NCBI GenBank assembly: GCA_041748755.1 | Contig: JBGTCQ010000208.1 | Location: 4,318-68,317, forward strand | Source: Chroococcidiopsidaceae cyanobacterium | GTDB taxonomy: Bacteria; Cyanobacteriota; Cyanobacteriia; Cyanobacteriales; Chroococcidiopsidaceae | Direction: 5' to 3' | Length of the DNA: 64,000 nucleotides | In this document: positions 38,335 to 48,242 of the stretch, piece after piece | Layout: each line of letters starts with the position of its first letter | Position numbering within the stretch: position 1 is the first letter of the stretch | The notes under the pieces: model-generated | The model's input: the letters and a program-made list of their open reading frames with translations, nothing else | What the model was told of the DNA's origin: nothing | Databases searched by the model: none | Program-made: the position numbers and the translations under genes

Positions 38335-39315
38335 ATGAAGGTACTAGTTACTGGAGCCGCTGGGTTTATTGGATTTCACTTAGCCCAGCGCTTAGTGACA
38401 GATGGTATCCAAGTTTACGGCATCGACAACTTGAATGACTACTATGACGTAAATCTGAAAAAAGATAGGTTAGCTCAGCTACATTCACAAGCTGGATTTA
38501 CTTTCGAGTTGCTTGACTTGGTTGAACGCGATCGCCTGCTTCAGCTATTTCAAGAGCAGAAATTTGATTATGTCGTTAATCTAGCAGCTCAGGCTGGAGT
38601 GCGCTATTCCCTAGAAAACCCCTTTGCCTATGTCGACAGTAACATGTCAGGGTTTGTTAATTTATTAGAAGGATGTCGCCATACTCAAGTTAAACATTTA
38701 GTGTTTGCCTCCTCCAGTTCAGTTTATGGAGCTAACACCAAAGTACCTTTCTCAGTTACAGATAACGTCGATCATCCAATTTCGCTGTACGCCGCCAGCA
38801 AAAAAGCAAACGAGCTAATTGCTCATGTCTACAGTCACCTATACAATTTACCGACAACAGGGCTTCGCTTCTTCACAGTATACGGACCTTGGGGGCGACC
38901 GGACATGGCTTACTTCAAATTTGTCAAAGCGATCGCTCAAGGCAATCCTATTGATGTTTACAACTTCGGCAAGATGAAGCGCGACTTTACTTACATTGAT
39001 GACGTAATTGAAGGGGTGGTGCGGGTAATGCATAAGCTTCCCCAAGGAAATACAGACGGGAATGCCTCAACCTACAAGCTTTACAATATTGGCAACAACA
39101 GTCCAGTCGCGTTGATGAGATTTATTGAGGTGATTGAAAAGGCTATCGGCAAGACTGCGCAAAAGAATTTAGTACCTATGCAACCAGGAGATGTGCCGTC
39201 TACTTATGCCGATGTGGATGAGCTGATTAAAGATGTAGGATTTAAACCTGCTACACCTATAGAAGAAGGCATTCACCGCTTCGTTGAATGGTATCGAGAA
39301 TACTATAAAAATTAG
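38335..39315 (+). CDS. NAD-dependent nucleotide-sugar epimerase (UDP-glucuronate 4-epimerase-like)
   Basis: GAAGFIG Rossmann motif, catalytic YAASK, and RFFTVYGPWGRPDMA, which is typical of UDP-GlcA 4-epimerases. Confidence 0.85.
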   Translation: MKVLVTGAAGFIGFHLAQRLVTDGIQVYGIDNLNDYYDVNLKKDRLAQLHSQAGFTFELLDLVERDRLLQLFQEQKFDYVVNLAAQAGVRYSLENPFAYVDSNMSGFVNLLEGCRHTQVKHLVFASSSSVYGANTKVPFSVTDNVDHPISLYAASKKANELIAHVYSHLYNLPTTGLRFFTVYGPWGRPDMAYFKFVKAIAQGNPIDVYNFGKMKRDFTYIDDVIEGVVRVMHKLPQGNTDGNASTYKLYNIGNNSPVALMRFIEVIEKAIGKTAQKNLVPMQPGDVPSTYADVDELIKDVGFKPATPIEEGIHRFVEWYREYYKN

Positions 39316-39757
39316 TAATTTTCCCAGAGTAAAGCTGTTTGTAGCGGATGTTTTTGCAGCTTGCTGCTACGTAGAAATTATACTTAATGGTTTAGAATCA
39401 AGGGAACTTTATCTTCTAGCTGGTAACGCACTTTGTGAAAATAGTAATCTTGGATTTTTAGTAGTAATTTATACAAAATTATTTAAATAAAAACTTAGTT
39501 GACACTGCCCAAGCAATAAGTAAAATTAGATACTAATAACAAGGGTGCTATGAGGTAATTGTGAAGTTTGCAAAGTCGTTAAGATGAAAATTGTAAATTG
39601 CTAACTCGCAAGCCTTCTCTACAAAAAATGTTGTCTTTTAAAGGTAATTCCTTTGAGTTAAAAAGAGTAGTTTAAGTCGATACAGACGCTTGACGCATCA
39701 GCATCGATCGCAATGGAGTAAATCTTAGTCATTGCATTTGAGCTAAAGAACTGATAT

Positions 39758-40648
39758 ATGGGTAGATTAATGGGTAAATTGCAGCGAAAAGTATCAGATC
39801 GAAGAGTGACTAGGGTAGTTTACACATCTGAAAGTGAACTGAGGCATCCAGTTCAATTATTCAAACAAATGTGGCAAAATCTGCTTGCTTCCCGGGAACT
39901 AGCTGGGGAGCTTTTGGTGCGAAATCTCAGTGCTCAATATCGCCAGTCCTTTCTAGGCATTTTCTGGGCTTTCGCTCCACCAATCGTAACCGCTATAGGT
40001 TTCACGTTTGCTAACAATGCCAAAATCGTTAATATTGGAGCAACAGATATTCCTTACCCAGCTTATGTCATGTTTAGCATGGCCCTCTGGCAAACGTTTA
40101 CGGAAGCACTAAACGGTCCTATCCAAGGAGTGAGTACTGCCAAGCAGATGCTAGCTAAAGTCAATTTTCCGCGTGAAGCGCTCATCCTTGCTAAATTGGG
40201 CGAGGTATTTTTTAACTTTGGCATCAAGTTAATTTTGATTGTGGCATTATTTGTCTTATTTCAGATACCAGTGACTTGGACTGTTATTTTAGCGCCAGTG
40301 GCATTAATACATTTGGTCATATTAGGAACAAGTTTCGGCTTGTTCCTAGCGCCCCTAAGTGCTTTATATAACGACATCTCAAAAGGGGTTACCTTAATTA
40401 TCGGAGTTTGGCTATTTTTAACGCCAGTGGTTTATCCAGAACCTAGAGGAGGAGGATTAGCAAAACTTGTACAACTAAACCCAGTCACTCCCTTGCTTGT
40501 GACAACGCGGGAGTTGGCGACAACGGGCATAGTATCGAACCCGTATGGATTTTGGACAGCGAGTATTTTTGCTATAGTGGGGTTGCTGCTGGGATGGCTG
40601 GTGTATCGTCTAGCAATGCCTTTTGTTGTAGAAAGAATGAGTTCTTGA
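39758..40648 (+). CDS. wzm: ABC-2 polysaccharide/O-antigen export permease
   Basis: 296 aa with the typical N-terminal cytoplasmic stretch (LASRELAGELLVRNLSAQYRQSFLGIFWAF) and 6 TM segments. Confidence 0.8.
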   Translation: MGRLMGKLQRKVSDRRVTRVVYTSESELRHPVQLFKQMWQNLLASRELAGELLVRNLSAQYRQSFLGIFWAFAPPIVTAIGFTFANNAKIVNIGATDIPYPAYVMFSMALWQTFTEALNGPIQGVSTAKQMLAKVNFPREALILAKLGEVFFNFGIKLILIVALFVLFQIPVTWTVILAPVALIHLVILGTSFGLFLAPLSALYNDISKGVTLIIGVWLFLTPVVYPEPRGGGLAKLVQLNPVTPLLVTTRELATTGIVSNPYGFWTASIFAIVGLLLGWLVYRLAMPFVVERMSS

Positions 40649-40718
40649 TAGTAGTACAACTAAGAAAGACGTTTCTACATCATACAACAGTCAAATTGCT
40701 AGTAAGGAGAATTAGTCG

Positions 40719-40805
40719 ATGGACTATCCAATTTTTATTGGTGGTGTGAATAGAAATAGAACTTCTTTTCGTGAAATCTCAAACAAGGAAGAATTTATTT
40801 TCTAA
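40719..40805 (+). pseudogene. Possible relic of a sulfotransferase 5' end (28 codons) with an intact RBS
   Basis: AAGGAGA 8 nt upstream of the ATG. MDYPIFIGGVNRNRTSF resembles the PAPS 5'-PSB loop (P.F.IGG..RSGTS), and the frame stops after 28 codons. Weak evidence. Confidence 0.3.
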
Positions 40806-41074
40806 TGGAGCAAATTTTAAACTGGTTTAAAATACAAGCTTGGGAGTTAAACAAAGAAGAAATTACCATTTTTAACTACTAACATATATATTTAATATGC
40901 TTTTTGTAAAGGTAAGAATTAACCAAGAAAAATAGACTTTGTCTGGGAACTTAATAGTTCAGATGCGATCGCTTCATTACACTCTCCGCTGACCAAAAAG
41001 TATAGCCCTGATTACCTAGTCCTTCAGTTCCAATGTTAAATTTAGTACTAAACTTCCTTGCTTAACCTTCAATA

Positions 41075-42091
41075 ATGGAACAACAAATAATGACAATGCC
41101 ACAAGTTACAATCATAGTCTCAGCAGCAGAACGTTTTAGCTGCACTAAACAAACCCTAGAAAGCATTTATGAAAATACTCAGTATCCGTTCGATCTAGTT
41201 TATGTTGATGGTGGTTCCCCAGTTGCAATTCGTCGTTACCTGGAAGCTCAGGCTAAGGTAAAGGGTTTTCAACTAATTCGCACGGAGCACTACCTTTCAC
41301 CTTCTCAGGCTCGCAACCTTGGAATGCAGAAGGCTAACAGTAAGTACGTCGTTCTTATTGACAACGATGTGTTTGTAGGTCCAGGCTGGCTACAGCAACT
41401 AGTGCAGTGTGCAGAAGAAACTGAGGCAACAATCGTAGCGCCGCTAGTATGTATTGGTGAACCCCTGGGTGAAAAGATTCACTTAGCAGGGGGAGAAGCC
41501 AGGATTGAACTACAAGACGAGCCAGGGAAAGCGAAGCCGCGTCGCCGCCTACTCGTGAAGCACTATTTTCCAAATCGCCCGCTGGCGAAGGTGCGCGATC
41601 AACTACATCGTACTAAATGCCAGATGGTCGATCTCCACTGTGTTTTGGTGCGTACCGAGATGCTGAAACAACTTGGAGGCTTAGATGAGGAACTACTGAG
41701 TACGCGGGAACACGTTGATTTGTGCCTCAGTGTGAAGGAGAAAGGCGGCACAATTTACTGTGAACCAGCATCTGTTGTCACTTATGTTCCTGTTGAAGAG
41801 CGTGGGACGCTTACTTGGTCAGATTTACCCTACTTTATGCTGCGCTGGAGCGATGCATGGGAGCGATCCAGCTTAGATTACTTCCTCAAAAAGTGGGAGC
41901 TGATGGAGGATGAGTATGTCCGTATGCGCTACAAACGCCTGGGAAATAGGCGCTACCAGGTTCTTTTGGGACCGTTACTAAAGCGATCAAAGCCCTTGAA
42001 GCCCGTAGAGAGAGCGATCCTTAAAGTAGAGCGGACGCTAAACCAATACATTACAAACCGCTACCAGCGTCGCATACAAGTTGCAGATTAG
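41075..42091 (+). CDS. Glycosyltransferase family 2
   Basis: VTIIVSAAERF...VYVDGGSP and the DxD motif in VLIDNDV. Confidence 0.75.
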   Translation: MEQQIMTMPQVTIIVSAAERFSCTKQTLESIYENTQYPFDLVYVDGGSPVAIRRYLEAQAKVKGFQLIRTEHYLSPSQARNLGMQKANSKYVVLIDNDVFVGPGWLQQLVQCAEETEATIVAPLVCIGEPLGEKIHLAGGEARIELQDEPGKAKPRRRLLVKHYFPNRPLAKVRDQLHRTKCQMVDLHCVLVRTEMLKQLGGLDEELLSTREHVDLCLSVKEKGGTIYCEPASVVTYVPVEERGTLTWSDLPYFMLRWSDAWERSSLDYFLKKWELMEDEYVRMRYKRLGNRRYQVLLGPLLKRSKPLKPVERAILKVERTLNQYITNRYQRRIQVAD

Positions 42092-42107
42092 GGTCTTGGT
42101 GAGCAGT

Positions 42108-42306
42108 ACCACTTCTACAAACTACAACCTGAATTTACTTAACCCCAATGCTTGTGACAATGCAGGAATTGGTAACTAAAGGTGTGGTACAAGACCATTA
42201 TGGATTTTGGATAACAAGTCTGATTGCCAGAGTGGAGTTACTGCTAACTAGGCTTATTTAGCTTTTGGTAATGCTGTCCGTTTGTAGTTGAGAGGATAAG
42301 TTTGTA
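42108..42306 (+). pseudogene. Relic of the 3' end of a second, diverged wzm allele directly upstream of wzt
   Basis: Frame 42133-42261 reads ..LTPMLVTMQELVTKGVVQDHYGFWITSLIARVELLLTRLI*, against intact Wzm ..LNPVTPLLVTTRELATTGIVSNPYGFWTASIFAIVGLLLGWLV. Shared nucleotide strings are TGCTTGTGACAA and TATGGATTTTGGA. It has no start codon. Confidence 0.65.
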
Positions 42307-43614
42307 ATGAAAATTAGCGTTGACGCTCAAGAACAAGAAATAGTGACAAAACCGCAGGACAGTGAGATTGTTCTCTCAGTTAAAGGAGCTTCAAAAAAGT
42401 TTTGTCGAAAACTGAGACGCTCCTTATTTTACGGAGTTCAAGATATTGCCACTGAGTTAATGGGGATTAGGAGAGAAAATGAGAACCTGCGACTAGAGGA
42501 GTTTTGGGCACTGAAGGATGTTAGCTTGGAATTGCGACGAGGGGAAGCACTGGGTCTTGTAGGGGCAAATGGTAGTGGAAAGACGACACTACTCCGAATT
42601 ATCGCGGGTGTGATTAAGCCAGATACTGGCTCTGTAGAAGTTAATGGTCGATTAGCGCCACTGATTGCATTAGGAGCAGGGTTTAATCCAATTTTGACAG
42701 GGCGAGAAAATGTCCGGGCAAATATGTCAATTTTGGGGTTATCTAAGAAAGAAATCGATGAACGGTTTGATGCAGTTGTTGAGTTTGCAGAAGTTGGAGA
42801 GGCAATTGATTCGCCAGTACAAACATATAGTTCTGGTATGGCAGCAAGATTAGGGTTTTCCAGTGCTATTCATACAGAGCCAGATATTTTATTAATTGAT
42901 GAAGTCCTGTCAGTGGGTGACGTCAGATTTAAAGTAAAGTGTCAGCGAAGGCTTGGTGAACTGCTACAGAAAGGTGTAGCGTTTATTATGGTTTCTCATA
43001 AGTCTCAGTTGATCATGTCTGTATGCAGCAAATCTATTTATTTATCTAAAGGTAAGGCAGTTACTTCTGGCAAGACAAGTGATGTGGTTTTTCAGTATGA
43101 AAAAGATTTATTTGGGTTAGAAAAAATCAACTCAAACGGGGCAATGTTTATGTCGGAAAAGCCCGAAAGTAAAGAGATAGGATTTAGTTTAAGTTACCTA
43201 ATGTTTAAAGATGCACAGGGTAATGTTCTTAAATCTCTAGTCAGCGGTGAATCTGCAAACTTTTGTATAGGCTTTAAAGCTTATAAAAAAATTAGCAACC
43301 TTAACATGCGTGTAAAAGTAAAAGATCCGGCAGCAGAAGGAGATATTTTATATTTAAGCAACTGGAACGACCAAGAATTATTTGAAGTATCTGTTGGAGA
43401 ACATGAAGTACAGCTTCAGATGCCCTGTGTTGTTTTAGGACCTAATACTTATAATATTTTTCTAATAGTAAGAGATGGACCAATTAATACCCTTGAACTT
43501 TTTCATGATTTCGTGTTTGAAGTAAAATCACAGGAAAATATGAGTCAGTCAATATTTTATCAACCTCACACGTGGGAGCTAAAAAGTATAGATGAAAAAA
43601 TAACTTCAATTTGA
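42307..43614 (+). CDS. wzt: Polysaccharide/O-antigen ABC exporter ATP-binding protein with a C-terminal extension (Wzt_C-like carbohydrate-binding domain)
   Basis: Walker A GANGSGKTT, signature YSSGMAARLGFS, Walker B ILLIDEVLSVGD, plus about 170-180 extra C-terminal residues. Confidence 0.88.
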   Translation: MKISVDAQEQEIVTKPQDSEIVLSVKGASKKFCRKLRRSLFYGVQDIATELMGIRRENENLRLEEFWALKDVSLELRRGEALGLVGANGSGKTTLLRIIAGVIKPDTGSVEVNGRLAPLIALGAGFNPILTGRENVRANMSILGLSKKEIDERFDAVVEFAEVGEAIDSPVQTYSSGMAARLGFSSAIHTEPDILLIDEVLSVGDVRFKVKCQRRLGELLQKGVAFIMVSHKSQLIMSVCSKSIYLSKGKAVTSGKTSDVVFQYEKDLFGLEKINSNGAMFMSEKPESKEIGFSLSYLMFKDAQGNVLKSLVSGESANFCIGFKAYKKISNLNMRVKVKDPAAEGDILYLSNWNDQELFEVSVGEHEVQLQMPCVVLGPNTYNIFLIVRDGPINTLELFHDFVFEVKSQENMSQSIFYQPHTWELKSIDEKITSI

Positions 43615-43689
43615 TTTTTATGATTAATCAAACATGATTTGCTTGTCAAAAGTAATTTACAAATCTCACATAATATAAGGAAAATTAGA

Positions 43690-44355
43690 ATGAAAGAAAT
43701 GATGATACTTAAAGAAAAATTATCTACTAAGAACTTAAGGCGACTATGTGAAGAAAATGCCACAAAAGATAGGGTATTAGTTATTCATTCAGAAGACGTA
43801 CCTTATGAATCCTATTTCCCAAATGCATATACAGTAACAAAAAATGAAAATGTCAAGGCAGATTTACACGTTGATTTATATTACAAGAGTTTAGATAAGA
43901 TTAATGGGGAAGAATATAACTTTATTCTCTGTACAGGACTACTGGAACATATTCCAGATCCCCAGAGAATTATTGATGACTTTTATCGAATATTGAAGCC
44001 TGAAGGAAAATTGGTAATTGCTGCTAGTGCTGTGTCTTCGTTCCATGAAGGACCAAATGATTTTTTTCGATTTACTCCATACGGCTTTAAGTTACTATTT
44101 AGTCAATGGAAAAATATTAATATAAAAGGTTCTTCTCTACCTTTTGAAACAATAGCTATTCTCTTGCAGCGCATTTTGCTTCAGTCTAAAGTAAAACATC
44201 GAATAATCCGGTTATCTATTGAATTATTATGTTTATTTCTACCAAACTTAGATAGATATGTAGTGAAGCAATATTCTACAAGAAATCCGAAAAACCAAGA
44301 GACAGAAATTGATTCAATGCTACCATACGAAATTTTTGCTGTTGCGATTAAATAG
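43690..44355 (+). CDS. Class I SAM-dependent methyltransferase
   Basis: LCTGLLEHIPDP and ILKPEGKLVI motifs. ATG at 43690 preceded by AAGGA; the ORF track lists a TTG start at 43639. Confidence 0.75.
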   Translation: MKEMMILKEKLSTKNLRRLCEENATKDRVLVIHSEDVPYESYFPNAYTVTKNENVKADLHVDLYYKSLDKINGEEYNFILCTGLLEHIPDPQRIIDDFYRILKPEGKLVIAASAVSSFHEGPNDFFRFTPYGFKLLFSQWKNINIKGSSLPFETIAILLQRILLQSKVKHRIIRLSIELLCLFLPNLDRYVVKQYSTRNPKNQETEIDSMLPYEIFAVAIK

Positions 44356-44393
44356 ATAAGAGTAGCATCCTTTCATAGTAAGGGAATACATAG

Positions 44394-46028
44394 ATGTTTA
44401 ACGATATCAATGAGTTCAAGAATGGAGAAATATTTGAGTCAGATATTTGTGTTGTAGGTGGTGGGGCAGCAGGAATTGATATTGCCAGATTCTTTAATGG
44501 TAAAAATAAATCTGTTTTGTTGATTGAGAGCGGTAATCTAAGTTTCGATCCAGAAACCCAAAAACTATATGAAATTAAATGTATAGGTAAAGGCATCCGA
44601 AATGGCGGATATGATTTTAATTCTCATCTAAAAAGTGAATTCAAAAATGAGTCTAGAATCAGACAATTTGGAGGTACAACCAACATCTGGTCCGGTAAAT
44701 GGAAGATATTAGACCCAATAGATCTCAAACAAAGAGATTGGATACCTAACAGTGGTTGGCCAATTTCGTATAATGATCTACTTCATTATTATAAAGAAAT
44801 TGGTAGAGAGTATGAGCTTTTAGATATCTATTCTTACTGCAATGAAAAGTGGAAAACCGAAATAACTAATAGCTTATTTAGTAAACTAAAAGACATTAAA
44901 TATACAATACATTATGAAGAAAAATTACCGCTTAACTTTAAATTTAAATTTGGCAGAGAACTAGAAGAGTGTAAAAATGTTCATGTTTTATTGAATGCTA
45001 ACGCTTTCAGTTTAATATTAAATGATAGTCATACTGCTATTAAAAAACTTACTGTTAAAACTTTAAATGGTAAAGAATATTCAATTATTTCTAGAAATTT
45101 TATCTTAGCCTGTGGAGGCTTGGAAAATGCTCGGTTATTACTTGCATCTAATAAACAAATTGCTTCTGGTATTGGCAACTCTAAAGGTTTGGTAGGAAGA
45201 TTCTATATGGATCACCCTAAAGGTAAGCTTGGCATAGTTATACCTTCAACAACTACTCCTTTCCCTAAAGACTTTTATCAAGGAGTGAGAGAAGATAAAA
45301 TCTACAAAATCGGGTTTTCTTTAACAGAGACTAAACAAGTAGAACTTCAAACTTTAAATCATAATTTGTATCTTAAGCCTGTTCTCAATAGAAATATAAA
45401 CTTGGATACTCACGTTATCAAAAGAATTAGCAATGCTTTGGCTACCCGTACATACCGTAAACTTATAAAGACTGTTATGGAATTGTTGGTTGATACTCGT
45501 AACGCTTTTGAAACTTTTATTAGCAGGTTGTTAAGAAAACCACTTCCCGAAATATCTCATTATGAAATAATTCATTACCTTGAACAATCGCCTAACTATG
45601 AAAGTAGACTATTTTTGAATGAAGAACTAGACTCAATCGGCATGCGAAAGATTACTATTGACTGGAAATTTTCTGAGCTGGAGCGAGAATCATTTAAATA
45701 TTTTGTGCAGCATATAAAGCAAGTATTTTTAGATAGTAATTTGGGCGAAATTATTATAGATAATGGTTTTGATAACCTTAATTTTTTAGTAGATGCTAGT
45801 CATCATATGGGAACCACGAGAATGGCTGCTTCATCTGATGATGGAGTAGTTGATTCAAATTGTAAAGTGTTTGGTATAGAAAATCTTTATATAGCTGGGA
45901 GTTCTATTTTTCCTACTGGCGGAAATGCTAATCCTACTTACACTATTCTAGCCTTATCCAGGAGGCTTTGCCATCATTTAGAAAAATCAGTATTTACCAC
46001 TACGGACTTAGAGGAATCAAGTTTGTAA
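44394..46028 (+). CDS. GMC family FAD-dependent oxidoreductase
   Basis: N-terminal FAD fold DICVVGGGAAGIDIA. C-terminal GMC motif HHMGTTRM...VVDSNCKVFGIENLYIAGSSIFPT. Confidence 0.8.
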   Translation: MFNDINEFKNGEIFESDICVVGGGAAGIDIARFFNGKNKSVLLIESGNLSFDPETQKLYEIKCIGKGIRNGGYDFNSHLKSEFKNESRIRQFGGTTNIWSGKWKILDPIDLKQRDWIPNSGWPISYNDLLHYYKEIGREYELLDIYSYCNEKWKTEITNSLFSKLKDIKYTIHYEEKLPLNFKFKFGRELEECKNVHVLLNANAFSLILNDSHTAIKKLTVKTLNGKEYSIISRNFILACGGLENARLLLASNKQIASGIGNSKGLVGRFYMDHPKGKLGIVIPSTTTPFPKDFYQGVREDKIYKIGFSLTETKQVELQTLNHNLYLKPVLNRNINLDTHVIKRISNALATRTYRKLIKTVMELLVDTRNAFETFISRLLRKPLPEISHYEIIHYLEQSPNYESRLFLNEELDSIGMRKITIDWKFSELERESFKYFVQHIKQVFLDSNLGEIIIDNGFDNLNFLVDASHHMGTTRMAASSDDGVVDSNCKVFGIENLYIAGSSIFPTGGNANPTYTILALSRRLCHHLEKSVFTTTDLEESSL

Positions 46029-46124
46029 TGTTAAGTAATAAAAGTAATGTATGTTTTACAAAACAGGTTCTGGAAGTTTATAAGCAAAGCCTTGCACTAT
46101 TCTTTTACTGTGGAGAAAAGTAAT

Positions 46125-47354
46125 ATGGCAAAATTACAATCGTTAATTTATTTATCTTCTGGGAACCTGCCCTCAAGAATGGCTAGCTCTATACAAGTTG
46201 CTAAGATGGCGCAAGCACTCTCTCAGAAAATTGAAGATTTCGAGTTGGTGACTAGTGGAGACATTTGGTCAAGTTTTAAGGGGATAAATTCAGAATTTAA
46301 AGACTGGTATGGCTTATACTGCAACTTTAAGCTAGTGCGTTTACCAGTGCATATTAAGGTAAAGCATCCTTTCTCCCAACATTATCAAAGTGAAAGATAT
46401 TTTAAGTTAGCTGTCTCGTATGCCTGCCTTAAATCTCCCTCCTTAGTTTATGCTCGTTCACCTAAAATTGTTGAGCTTTTGCTGAAGGTTGGTATACCTG
46501 TGCTGTGGGAAAAGCATGAACCAATTAATGAAAATCTTTCTAACTGCAAATTTTTTACTGACAAAAACTTTGTCGGTCTTGTTACCATATCCTCACAATT
46601 GGCTGAACATTATGTTAACCATGGTCTTAGCCCCGAAAAGGTATTAGTTGCTTATAGCGCTGTGGATATTAGAAATTTTCTCCCCTATCAAACAAAAGAT
46701 TTAGCTCGCCAAAAGCTGTCCCTCCCTCAAGATAGAAAAATTGTTTTATACTCAGGTCACCTATATGAATATAAAGGAATTCCAACGCTTCTAGAAACTG
46801 CTTTATTGATGCCAGAATGCAATTTCGTTTTGGTAGGAGGATGGGCTAATGATATTAATAAAGTAAAAGAAGATTGTAAAAACCTTAACTTACACAACGT
46901 ACACATTATTGGTCATGTACCTCAATCAGAGTTAGCATCGTATTTATACGCAGCCGATGTCTTGATTATTCCTACTAGTAAGTCCTGGAAATTAAGTGAA
47001 ACTACTAGTCCTCTGAAACTCTTTGAGTATATGGTGGCCAAAAGACCAATTGTTGCTTCAGCTTTGCCAACCATAATGACAGTGTTGCGCGATCGCGAAA
47101 ATGCACTTCTGGCAGAACCTGACGAAGCTGTCTCCTTCAAAAATGCAATAGTCAATCTATTTGAAAATCCAACACTTGCAAATGCTGTTGCTGAACGTGC
47201 TTTTCAAGAGGTACAAAACTTTACTTGGGATAGTCGAGTAGAGCGTATTTTGCAGTTTGCAGCGTTAAGGCTACAGGAAGTTAACGAGAGTACTAATAGT
47301 CCTAGAAAAAGCTTGTTTAAATATATAAAACGAAACTTGATTCATGGCATTTAA
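46125..47354 (+). CDS. Glycosyltransferase family 4 (GT-B fold)
   Basis: EX7E-region SPLKLFEYMVAKRPIVAS. ATG at 46125 preceded by GGAG. Confidence 0.8.
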   Translation: MAKLQSLIYLSSGNLPSRMASSIQVAKMAQALSQKIEDFELVTSGDIWSSFKGINSEFKDWYGLYCNFKLVRLPVHIKVKHPFSQHYQSERYFKLAVSYACLKSPSLVYARSPKIVELLLKVGIPVLWEKHEPINENLSNCKFFTDKNFVGLVTISSQLAEHYVNHGLSPEKVLVAYSAVDIRNFLPYQTKDLARQKLSLPQDRKIVLYSGHLYEYKGIPTLLETALLMPECNFVLVGGWANDINKVKEDCKNLNLHNVHIIGHVPQSELASYLYAADVLIIPTSKSWKLSETTSPLKLFEYMVAKRPIVASALPTIMTVLRDRENALLAEPDEAVSFKNAIVNLFENPTLANAVAERAFQEVQNFTWDSRVERILQFAALRLQEVNESTNSPRKSLFKYIKRNLIHGI

Positions 47355-47404
47355 ATAAAATTACGAAAATTTTAAATAGAAAATATCTTGTTCAGGAGGA
47401 GCTA

Positions 47405-48148
47405 ATGGAAGACAAAATTACTATCGTCAACAGGCTACGCAACGGGATTCACAATCTCAAGAGCGGGATGAAGCCTAAGAAAGGAAGTTGTCACTATGAA
47501 ACAATTATTTTACACGAATACCAAGCAATTTACTTTGCTATTCCTAAAGTAGGAAGTTCAACTTGGCACAGGATTTGTGCAATTTTGCTAAATGTTGATA
47601 TACCACCAATTGCTATCCAAAAGGAGAGGAGAGTTGAAAATCTCCCTGGTATAAATAAAAAAGAGCTTGTGAAATACAAAAACTACTTTAAATTTTGCTT
47701 TGTGAGAAACCCTTGGGACAGATTAGTGTCCTGTTATGGGAATAAGATTAAGACAGATCCGAGTCTTAATTCAATTGGTATCACAAACGGAATAGCCAGT
47801 GGTTTTTTGAGATTCGGTGTATTTAAAGCAGGAATGTCATTTGATGAATTTGTTAGGGCTGTCGTAAATATACCAGATGTAGATGCTGATCCCCATTTCA
47901 AATCTCAATATACTTTTATTGCTAAAGAAACTGGAGAAAAGCTTGTTGACTTCATTGGTAAATTAGAAAATGCAGAAGAAGATTTTCTATACGTACTTAA
48001 CAGGTTAAATAGGACTGATATATTAATTCCACACTTTAAGAAGAATAGCAACAAAAAACACTATAGAGAGTACTACACACCCGATGTCAGAGATATGGTA
48101 AGTAAAAGATATTCAAAAGATATTCAAATGTTTGGCTATGATTTTTAG
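47405..48148 (+). CDS. Sulfotransferase (Sulfotransfer_2-like carbohydrate sulfotransferase)
   Basis: 5'-PSB-like AIPKVGSSTW and 3'-PB-like FVRNPWDRLVSCY PAPS-binding motifs. Confidence 0.7.
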   Translation: MEDKITIVNRLRNGIHNLKSGMKPKKGSCHYETIILHEYQAIYFAIPKVGSSTWHRICAILLNVDIPPIAIQKERRVENLPGINKKELVKYKNYFKFCFVRNPWDRLVSCYGNKIKTDPSLNSIGITNGIASGFLRFGVFKAGMSFDEFVRAVVNIPDVDADPHFKSQYTFIAKETGEKLVDFIGKLENAEEDFLYVLNRLNRTDILIPHFKKNSNKKHYREYYTPDVRDMVSKRYSKDIQMFGYDF

Positions 48149-48242
48149 TTTCAATATGAAATACCAAAATTCACTTCATTAGTAAGCGATCGCATTGATT
48201 ATTCAATTCATTTTGGATACAGCAAAATAATGGATAAAAAGT

